DNA from: Nitrospirota bacterium | GTDB taxonomy: Bacteria > Nitrospirota > Nitrospiria > Nitrospirales > Nitrospiraceae | Length of the DNA: 64,000 bases | Direction: 5' to 3' | NCBI GenBank assembly: GCA_002737345.1 | Contig: NSIK01000004.1 | Span: 128,327-192,326 of the forward strand | Shown: positions 8,744 to 15,332 of the stretch, one piece after another | Layout: each line of letters begins with the position of its first letter | How positions within the stretch are numbered: position 1 is the stretch's first letter | Notes under the pieces: model-generated | What the model was told of the DNA's origin: nothing | Database searches by the model: none | What the model saw: only the letters and a program-made list of their open reading frames with translations | Made by a program: the position numbers and the translations under genes

Positions 8744-9632
8744 AGTTTTTCCTCGACGTGATATAGCGCGCGATTTCACTGAGCGGTTCGGCGGCTTGGC
8801 CGAATTGGGAAAGGCGCGCGATGGCTCGGGCCACACAGTCGTCCGCCAGTTTTCTGGCTCCTTCAGCTCCATAGAACGTTGGGTAGGTTTTCTTGCCCCG
8901 TTCCGCATCGGTGTTAGGATTCTTGCCCAGTTCCTCGCGCGTGCCCGTCACGTTGAGCACATCGTCCGCAATCTGAAAGGCCAGTCCGACATCCTCGGCA
9001 TAGCTCGTGAGCTCGTCCAGTTGATGGTTGGTAGCGCCGGCGGCAATGGCGCCCATCCGCACCGCGGCGCGAATCAACATGCCGGTTTTATGTTTATGGA
9101 TATTCTGGAGCATCGCGAAATCGATATCTATGTTTTCCGCCTGGATATCAAAGACCTGTCCTCCCACCATCCCGGCGTTCCCAGATCCGTAGGCTAGTTC
9201 TTGAATCAGCCGTACCTGGCGGGCCGGGTCGCAGCCCTTCATGAGGTCGGGGCGGCTGCAGAGAGCGAAGGCCATTGTCAGCAGGGCATCGCCGGCCAGG
9301 ATTGCCATGGCGTCGCCGTAGACCTTGTGGTTCGTCGGTTTCCCGCGGCGGAAGTCGTCGTTGTCCATTGCTGGCAGGTCGTCGTGAATCAGGGAGTAGG
9401 TATGGATTAGTTCCAGCGAGCAGGCGGCCGGCATCAATCCAGGCGCCGGCTGGCCCACCGCTTCTGCCGCGGCCATGGCCAGGATCGGGCGGACGCGCTT
9501 GCCTCCTGCCATGAGACTGTATCTCATGCTCTCGTGGAGCGTGGCGGGCGGTGTGGTGGCGCTAGGCATGACGGAATCGAGGAACCGATCCACGTCGTTT
9601 CGCTTCTGTTCAAGGTAGTCTTTGACGTTCAT
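8742..9632 (-). CDS. ispA: (E)-polyprenyl diphosphate synthase (FPP/GGPP synthase)
   Basis: First and second Asp-rich motifs IHDDLPAMDNDD and FQIADDVLN. Confidence 0.85.
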   Translation of the reverse strand: MNVKDYLEQKRNDVDRFLDSVMPSATTPPATLHESMRYSLMAGGKRVRPILAMAAAEAVGQPAPGLMPAACSLELIHTYSLIHDDLPAMDNDDFRRGKPTNHKVYGDAMAILAGDALLTMAFALCSRPDLMKGCDPARQVRLIQELAYGSGNAGMVGGQVFDIQAENIDIDFAMLQNIHKHKTGMLIRAAVRMGAIAAGATNHQLDELTSYAEDVGLAFQIADDVLNVTGTREELGKNPNTDAERGKKTYPTFYGAEGARKLADDCVARAIARLSQFGQAAEPLSEIARYITSRKN

Positions 9633-9707
9633 GGGGACGAAAACCGAGTTCGTGTGACAGGCTGTGAGTCGGCGCGGAGAGTAGCAAAAGGTCTAGAGGC
9701 TGTCAAA

Positions 9708-9786
9708 CCGTGAGGCGTGAAATGTGAGACGCCAGAGGCAAGGCATGTTACGGCGTTCGCGCCCCTTGCCTCTCGCCGCTTGCCTT
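9708..9786 (+). repeat. inverted heptamer array, ACGTGAR-related (copy 2)
   Basis: CCGTGAG GCGTGAA ATGTGAG ACGCCAG AGGCAAG, spacer, then inverted CCTTGCC TCTCGCC GCTTGCC. Confidence 0.7.
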
Positions 9787-9795
9787 AGCTATACT
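9766..9795 (+). promoter_or_regulatory. candidate sigma70-type promoter (TTGCCT-18-TATACT), would give a near-leaderless mRNA for 9803
   Basis: -10 TATACT ends 7 nt before ATG 9803; no Shine-Dalgarno before that ATG. Confidence 0.3.
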
Positions 9796-9802
9796 CCGCC
9801 TC

Positions 9803-10090
9803 ATGAGCATTAGGAAAGCGGGCGGAGATTGGGAGCCGATGTTGTTGGGGATTGAGCCTCGCAACTGCAAGGTCTGCAAGGAAGGGCTCTACCGCAACAA
9901 AACGTTTTTCTCCGGCGGATGGTCTCGCTGCACTCTGTGTGATGAGTTCGTCCATTACAGCTGCCTGGCCAGCGGCAAAGTGACATTCCTGAAAGTTCGT
10001 CCCCGCGTATGTAAGGTCTGCCGCGCCGCCCAAGAGGGGAGCCCCTCTCTTTCGCCGAAGGAAGAGACCTCCGTGGCCGTCGGCTCGTGA
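9803..10090 (+). CDS. small C4HC3 zinc-finger protein (PHD-finger spacing)
   Basis: C22-x2-C25-x17-C43-x2-C46-x4-H51-x2-C54-x15-C70-x2-C73; alternative start at 9839 with GGAG upstream. Confidence 0.55.
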   Translation: MSIRKAGGDWEPMLLGIEPRNCKVCKEGLYRNKTFFSGGWSRCTLCDEFVHYSCLASGKVTFLKVRPRVCKVCRAAQEGSPSLSPKEETSVAVGS

Positions 10091-10422
10091 CTCCCAGCCC
10101 ACAGTCCAGTCCAGAGGAAACCCGTCCGGGCTGGCATGCCTTTTTTTCCGACTCAGTCCGTTTCGTTCTGGCGCCGATGATTCTCCTCTTTAGTGGATTT
10201 TTCACGGCGAACTTCATTGCCAGCGGCGCCTATACCTGGCCGCGAACAAGCAGGACCTTGGCTCTGACCCTCACTGTGCTGATCCTCTCCCGTGAATTCG
10301 TCTACAAAGAGCAATTGTCGCGCAATGGGTCGACGGACCGAGCCAGGTCGGCGTTGCTGTACTCTTGCGTGCTCCCCTATGGGCTTGGCCTGCTGGTGAT
10401 GCTGATCCTTTGGGCGCTGTAG
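10087..10422 (+). CDS. small membrane protein (3 predicted TM), unknown function
   Basis: GTGA start/stop overlap with the upstream zinc-finger ORF; three hydrophobic segments. Confidence 0.5.
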   Translation: MTPSPQSSPEETRPGWHAFFSDSVRFVLAPMILLFSGFFTANFIASGAYTWPRTSRTLALTLTVLILSREFVYKEQLSRNGSTDRARSALLYSCVLPYGLGLLVMLILWAL

Positions 10423-10423
10423 T

Positions 10424-10544
10424 AGGACGCTGAAACAGTCCGCCAGCGTCGTTCTCGCATCGTTCAGACCCTCAACGTACCCTCCGGGTACGCCTCGGGC
10501 CTTCACTCGCTGCGGCCTTGCTGGACGAACTGTTTGCGCATCCT
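10424..10544 (+). repeat. ~120-nt dispersed palindromic element (copy A)
   Basis: AGGACGCTGAAACAG...CTGTTTGCGCATCCT termini, central hairpin CGTACCC-TCC-GGGTACG; begins 2 nt after stop 10422; homologous copies at 13533, 29910, 54340, 21064(-). Confidence 0.85.
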
Positions 10545-10565
10545 GCGGTAGCGTGAGGACAGATA

Positions 10566-10934
10566 ATGGCAGAGACAATTCGTGGCGGAGCCTTTCTCCA
10601 GCAATGTTGGTCGGTGCATCCGCTCTGTCTGACGGTCAAACGCGTCGAGCCGGAGCGCATCGTGGTGCTCACGTGCAGTTCTTGTCGCATGGTTCATCGG
10701 GTGACCACCGGCGCGATTACCAGACAGGCATCGGCAGCCGAGTCCGTCTCGCCTGAGGCTGGGTCTGCAGAACAAGATGCGCTCGCGGCGCTCAAAGCCT
10801 GCATGGGGACCCATATGTCGGCCCTATCGGTTCGGGAGATGGACGTGTTTCAAGATGCACTGTGGGTCCGTTGTGCGGAATGTCGGGCGCAGTACGACTT
10901 GACGGTCTCCCAGTTCGAAACGCAGCAGAAATAG
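10566..10934 (+). CDS. hypothetical protein with two CxxC pairs (zinc-ribbon-like)
   Basis: CSSC and CAEC pairs 62 residues apart; no recognisable family. Confidence 0.45.
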   Translation: MAETIRGGAFLQQCWSVHPLCLTVKRVEPERIVVLTCSSCRMVHRVTTGAITRQASAAESVSPEAGSAEQDALAALKACMGTHMSALSVREMDVFQDALWVRCAECRAQYDLTVSQFETQQK

Positions 10935-10973
10935 CGCAGTATATTTCGAGCCGTTCCCAGCCTATTCATAGCT

Positions 10974-11588
10974 ATGTCATTACCCTTCACAGCAGAAGAA
11001 GCGGCCTTGCTGGCCGATCAGCAGTTCTTTCGCGCCAAGGCGAAGATCATGGACAAGGTGCGGCATGATCTCATGGCCACCCAGGTGGCGCTGAAAGAGG
11101 AGGTCGCGTCTGTTTCTCTCGTGACCCCGCCGGATTTTAATTCCGCCAACTGCCATTTTGTGAAGGGCGAACATCTTGAGCTTTTCCCCTATCAGTATCT
11201 GGACTTCCCGAAACATTTTCATGACTTGAATATTTTTACCTTCCGGACGCTCTTTTGGTGGGGGCACCATGTCGTCTGTGCCTTGATGTTGGGGGGGGAG
11301 GGAATCAAGCAGCATAAGGCTCGGATCGTAGACCGGTTTCATCAGCTCGCAGGGCAGGGGCTGGAACTGTCGTTGGCGCCGACTCTGTGGGAATGGAAGC
11401 GAGGCGAGGGCTATACCCTTTCGATCACTCATGATCGCAAGGCGCAGATTGCCGCGGTCCTGGCCGAACGGTCATTCCTAAAGATTGTCCGTTTCCTGCC
11501 GTTTACCGATCCAAGGATTCAAGCCGGTCAGGTGCCGGAGTTCAGCCGCGAGACCTTTCGCGCCATTCTCCCGATCGTGACTCGCTAG
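10974..11588 (+). CDS. hypothetical protein
   Basis: 204-aa ORF with no long competing ORF in another frame; no recognisable motif. Confidence 0.55.
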   Translation: MSLPFTAEEAALLADQQFFRAKAKIMDKVRHDLMATQVALKEEVASVSLVTPPDFNSANCHFVKGEHLELFPYQYLDFPKHFHDLNIFTFRTLFWWGHHVVCALMLGGEGIKQHKARIVDRFHQLAGQGLELSLAPTLWEWKRGEGYTLSITHDRKAQIAAVLAERSFLKIVRFLPFTDPRIQAGQVPEFSRETFRAILPIVTR

Positions 11589-11590
11589 GG

Positions 11591-11673
11591 GCGTGAACGG
11601 TAAGACGTAAAAATGAAAGGTGGGACTGTTGAGGGCTCTTTCTCAGAAACCTTTCACCTCTCACGTTTTACGC
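11591..11673 (+). repeat. inverted heptamer array, ACGTGAR type (copy 3)
   Basis: GCGTGAA CGGTAAG ACGTAAA AATGAAA GGTGGGA, spacer, inverted CCTTTCA CCTCTCA CGTTTTA CGC; starts 3 nt after stop 11588. Confidence 0.8.
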
Positions 11674-11786
11674 ATCGATGACGCCTCGGTTCAGCATTCT
11701 AATTGTGCTGGTGGTTGTCTCTCGCTTACAACTTGAGTAGGCTGGACTGCTTCAATGGTGGGGTAGCCAATCGCAAGGAGAAGAAT

Positions 11787-12443
11787 ATGCAGAATCCAAA
11801 AATGGGACGACTGAGTGTCGGTATTCTGTTTGCGGCAAGTTTGTTGATCGGCGCCGGTTGTGCCGGGACCGGGCAGACGGTGCATTTGCATGTGCCGCAG
11901 AAACAGGCGGCAGCTCTATCTCTGGATCCGGCGGTCCGCATAGTCATCGAACCCTTTGAAGACCGGCGGGCCGAGAAGACACGCCTTGGTCTGCGCACCC
12001 ACTTATGGGGGGGGGTGACCTACTTCGATTTGGCAGGGGAGCGGCCGGGGGTGGTTCTGGCCCATGCCCTCGCAGATCGCCTGAGCACGCGCGGGTGGAA
12101 GGATCGGGCCTGGACGGTGCGGGTGGCCTCCAGCGCTGGGGCGACTACGTCGCAGGATGCCGATATCGTCGTCAGTGGGCAGTTGCTCGATTTTTCAGCC
12201 AACGCCAAGAGCCGGGCCTTTTCGACGATGGTGAACGCCAGCAGCAAGCTGGTCATCACGGCGAAGAATCTTGGCGATCAGAGCACGACGACCAGGAATA
12301 TCGAGGGCTCACAGCGCGACACCCTGTTCTGGTTTTGCGACGAGGATGTCCAGCACTTATTGGCGGCAACCCTGAAGGACGGCTTCGACCGCTATCTCGT
12401 CGATACGACGATTGAACAGAAGGCTGTGCGGGCGGCCCGTTAA
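11787..12443 (+). CDS. lipoprotein, unknown function
   Basis: Lipobox LIGAGC after a basic n-region; AAGGAG Shine-Dalgarno at 11775-11780; track ORF start 11703 is unlikely. Confidence 0.65.
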   Translation: MQNPKMGRLSVGILFAASLLIGAGCAGTGQTVHLHVPQKQAAALSLDPAVRIVIEPFEDRRAEKTRLGLRTHLWGGVTYFDLAGERPGVVLAHALADRLSTRGWKDRAWTVRVASSAGATTSQDADIVVSGQLLDFSANAKSRAFSTMVNASSKLVITAKNLGDQSTTTRNIEGSQRDTLFWFCDEDVQHLLAATLKDGFDRYLVDTTIEQKAVRAAR

Positions 12444-12469
12444 TGAGTCGGGGGGAGCGATGATCCACC

Positions 12470-13531
12470 GTGCGTGAACGTCGTTGGGAAACGACGACGC
12501 CCCTGACCTTTGGGCAGGTCCTCGCCGTGGGCGAACGGCTGGCTGCGTTAGGATTTAAGCCGGCGGGGCCTTCGAAGGACGTCATCTGTTACATCGAAGA
12601 ATGGACGATCGAGGCGCCGGAGGATTTCGATCAGTTGGACGCCTGGTCCACGGAAGATGCGACGCTGATCCATGTCCGGGAGGGCTGGCGCGGCGACTTC
12701 TTCCTGCTGGCCGGTGCCTACCACACCGTCTATCAACGCTATCAGGACGTCGGCACCTACTGTTCGATCAGCCATCCCTGGCGCATTCGCGATCCGTTGC
12801 GGTTGCACAATCCCCGCAGCATGTTCTGGCTGGGGTTTCGCCATGCCCATTCGTTTATCCGTGCGCGGCTCCAGACGCACGAGGTGATCACCCCCGGTGA
12901 GACGCGCGGCGATATCGAGCGGGATCAATGGCTGGAAGAGCGGCGCACGGCGTTTCTCGAAGCGATCACGCTATTGGAGCTTCCCGTCGAGACATCGGTG
13001 GAGAAGCAGCAGCTGATCTTGCGTCCGGTCAATCCCTCTGCGCATTTCTTCTGTTCCTGGCCTGACGCCTTCGGGCCCTGTCAGTTCGAGTACAACACGG
13101 CCGACGCCTATGAGTTTTTGGTGCCGGCCAGTAAGTTGGCTGCGACCTCCGCCATAGAACCAGCCAGCGTTAGGGTTTGCCTGACGGGTTTCTCCGAGGA
13201 TGCGCTGGTGGAGTTCCAGTCGATCGATCCCACCGCCCGCTTCGTCTACCGTTGTTCGGTGCATTGTGTGCTCGACGATCTTCCGGAGCTCCGATCCGTA
13301 ATCGAACCAGATGGCCGCCTCTATAGCACCCTCTGCGAGTTCCAAACACAGGAACTATTTCCAGGTGCAGAGGATGCATCCGCTATTATCGGAGTCGTCG
13401 GCACCGCGGCAGGATTCCATATCGAGGTCCGCCTGAATCGGGCTCCGCTGAGTGAAGAGCTGATGCCTGTTTGCTTAGGACAGTTGATCGGGCATTCGGT
13501 GGTGTATGCGCCGCTGTCCCCCTTCATCTAG
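12470..13531 (+). CDS. hypothetical protein (353 aa)
   Basis: Long ORF, GTG start; no recognisable motif. Confidence 0.55.
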   Translation: MRERRWETTTPLTFGQVLAVGERLAALGFKPAGPSKDVICYIEEWTIEAPEDFDQLDAWSTEDATLIHVREGWRGDFFLLAGAYHTVYQRYQDVGTYCSISHPWRIRDPLRLHNPRSMFWLGFRHAHSFIRARLQTHEVITPGETRGDIERDQWLEERRTAFLEAITLLELPVETSVEKQQLILRPVNPSAHFFCSWPDAFGPCQFEYNTADAYEFLVPASKLAATSAIEPASVRVCLTGFSEDALVEFQSIDPTARFVYRCSVHCVLDDLPELRSVIEPDGRLYSTLCEFQTQELFPGAEDASAIIGVVGTAAGFHIEVRLNRAPLSEELMPVCLGQLIGHSVVYAPLSPFI

Positions 13532-13532
13532 T

Positions 13533-13655
13533 AGAATGCTGAAATAGTCCGCCAGCGTCGTTCTCGCCTCGAACGTATCCTCAACGTAGCCCAAGGCTAC
13601 GCCTCCGGTGCGTTCATCGGCTGTGGCCTTGCTGGGCCGAATGTTTGAGCATTCT
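13533..13655 (+). repeat. ~120-nt dispersed palindromic element (copy B)
   Basis: AGAATGCTGAAATAGTCCGCCAGCGTCGTTCTCGC...ATGTTTGAGCATTCT; begins 2 nt after stop 13531. Confidence 0.85.
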
Positions 13656-13674
13656 ACGGGTGCGCTCTCGCTAA

Positions 13675-13700
13675 GGCCTCGCTGGATGATCGTTTTGAGC
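13675..13700 (+). repeat. solo right-end fragment of the ~120-nt element
   Basis: GGCCTCGCTGGATGATCGTTTTGAGC; first 15 nt are identical to the right arm of copy C (30001-30015). Confidence 0.6.
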
Positions 13701-13722
13701 CAGTTGCGCGCGTTTTTATTTT

Positions 13723-14097
13723 TTGAGGTATATTCGCCCTATGAGACAATTAGACCCCTGTTCGGCAAGTCCTAACTGTGTGTCGACGCAGGCGCAAGAC
13801 GAGGGCCATGCCATCGCGCCCTTTCGCTATCGGAAGGCCAGGGCTGAGGCGAAGGAGGCTCTGAAAGCGATTATTCGGTCCCTTCCCCGTACTAAGCTGG
13901 TGGAGGAAGACGAGACCTATCTCCACTATGAGTTCACTAGCCTGTTGCTGCGATTTGTGGACGATGTGGAGTTTCTGTTCGACGATGAGGCGAAGATCGT
14001 TCATTTCCGATCCGCGTCCCGGACCGGCTACCGTGATTTCGGGGTGAACCGTCAGAGGATGGAAGCGATCAGGAAGCTCACCGAGGGGAAGTTCTGA
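13723..14097 (+). CDS. DUF1499 family protein
   Basis: N-terminal CSASPNCVST motif typical of DUF1499 (from memory); likely start at 13741. Confidence 0.6.
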   Translation: MRYIRPMRQLDPCSASPNCVSTQAQDEGHAIAPFRYRKARAEAKEALKAIIRSLPRTKLVEEDETYLHYEFTSLLLRFVDDVEFLFDDEAKIVHFRSASRTGYRDFGVNRQRMEAIRKLTEGKF

Positions 14098-14112
14098 CTG
14101 TCAACCGGAAGC

Positions 14113-14346
14113 TCAATGGGCCGGGGCCGCCGGCTTGGGGCCTCGTCTGGTCGTATGTTGGAAGACGCAGGTGGGGCAGGTGTAATGGACGAATTGCCCG
14201 CTGGCGACCAGCCGTTTCCGCATGGGGACCTTGCACCAGGTGCAGAGGCGGTCAGGGAGGTCGGCTGACGGCTGGGTCGAGGTCGGATTCGCTGGAGTGC
14301 TCATGGTCATGGGCGCATTCTCTCCGACCGCCGAGAACCTTGTCAA
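14113..14346 (-). CDS. small zinc-ribbon protein, unknown function
   Basis: CTWC...CPTC four-Cys ribbon; 77 aa. Confidence 0.4.
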   Translation of the reverse strand: MTRFSAVGENAPMTMSTPANPTSTQPSADLPDRLCTWCKVPMRKRLVASGQFVHYTCPTCVFQHTTRRGPKPAAPAH

Positions 14347-14431
14347 CCGACCGGAGACCCGTGAGCGTCTCGTGTGAAAAAAAGTTTCGTCAGCTTCCCT
14401 GATGCGGGAAAAATCGTGGTATAGTTGGGCA

Positions 14432-14447
14432 TTACGATTTATCGTAA
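14432..14447. promoter_or_regulatory. 16-bp palindrome TTACGAT-TT-ATCGTAA, candidate operator
   Basis: 7-bp inverted repeat arms separated by TT, 38 nt upstream of ATG 14485. Confidence 0.3.
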
Positions 14448-14484
14448 CATTTTTTCACCCTCCTAACAGAAAGGTGCACCCTTT

Positions 14485-14925
14485 ATGAGTAGCTCGGCCG
14501 GTTCCGAGTCCGCGATCTTTCCACCTGAGTCCCCAGCAGCTGCCTCGATTGCCCCCCAAGAGATGGTGGGAGAGGGGAAAGCGTGGGGACTGTGCACCTC
14601 CGTCGACCTTCAAGATTGTAATCCCGATCTTATTCGCAACGCCGACCATATTCGCCGCTATGTCGTGGAGCTTTGTGAGCTCATCGGCATGAAGCGTTTC
14701 GGCGAATGTCAGGTTGTCGATTTCGGCTCAGGTCGGGTCGCCGGCTATTCCATGGTGCAGCTGATCTCGACGTCGTTGATCAGCGGCCACTTTGCGAACG
14801 ATACGAACAACGCCTACCTCGACATTTTCAGTTGCAAGGGCTATGACCCTGCCGTTGTTGAGACGTTCTCCAAAGACTTTTTTGGCGCGCGTCGCAGTAC
14901 TGCGACGGTGACGCTCCGGTATTAG
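14485..14925 (+). CDS. S-adenosylmethionine decarboxylase-like (pyruvoyl, SpeH/SpeD class 1 related)
   Basis: GLCTSVDLQDCNP and QLISTSLISGHF resemble the LYGC and ESH(I/L)xxHTWPE self-cleavage region; a start at 14563 fits family length better. Confidence 0.55.
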   Translation: MSSSAGSESAIFPPESPAAASIAPQEMVGEGKAWGLCTSVDLQDCNPDLIRNADHIRRYVVELCELIGMKRFGECQVVDFGSGRVAGYSMVQLISTSLISGHFANDTNNAYLDIFSCKGYDPAVVETFSKDFFGARRSTATVTLRY

Positions 14926-14931
14926 TTCCGG

Positions 14932-14959
14932 ACAGGGGCCGCGGCAACGCGGCCCCTGT
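14932..14959 (+). terminator. perfect 12-bp GC-rich hairpin with GCAA tetraloop
   Basis: ACAGGGGCCGCG-GCAA-CGCGGCCCCTGT, 7 nt after stop 14925; no U-tract. Confidence 0.5.
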
Positions 14960-14991
14960 ATCGATTAGGCATCTCCCGTCCCCATGTACCG

Positions 14992-15324
14992 ATGAACCCC
15001 AACACCGTCAAAGATTTCTTCCAGCTTCTCCCCAGCAAGCTCGACGCAGAGGCGGCCGAAGACCTTGATGGGGTCTATCAATTTGATTTGAGTGGCGCGC
15101 AGGGCGGGCAGTACATCCTCACGATTCGTGAGGGGGCCTGTCAGGTTACAGAGGGGCTGCATGAGGACCCACAAGTCTCGCTTTCGATGACTGGGGAGGA
15201 TTGTATCAAGATTTTGAAGGGGCAGTTGAGCGGACCAGTTGTCGCTATGTCTGGCCGGCTTAAGATCAGCGGGGATATCGGCTTGGCGATGAAGCTGAAG
15301 GCACTATTTCCTACCATCGGCTAG
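14992..15324 (+). CDS. SCP2 sterol/lipid-binding domain protein
   Basis: SCP2-like C-terminal pattern GQLSGPVVAMSGRLKISGDIGLAMKL. Confidence 0.7.
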   Translation: MNPNTVKDFFQLLPSKLDAEAAEDLDGVYQFDLSGAQGGQYILTIREGACQVTEGLHEDPQVSLSMTGEDCIKILKGQLSGPVVAMSGRLKISGDIGLAMKLKALFPTIG

Positions 15325-15332
15325 CCAGTCAG

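Noticed and set aside
10424-10544. The 120-nt repeat as a small conserved peptide gene (LKQSASVVLAS...STYP.G...)
   Set aside because: Copies B and C have in-frame stops soon after the ATG (MLK* and a 12-codon ORF), copy A lacks the ATG, and conservation follows nucleotide blocks and inverted termini rather than a reading frame.
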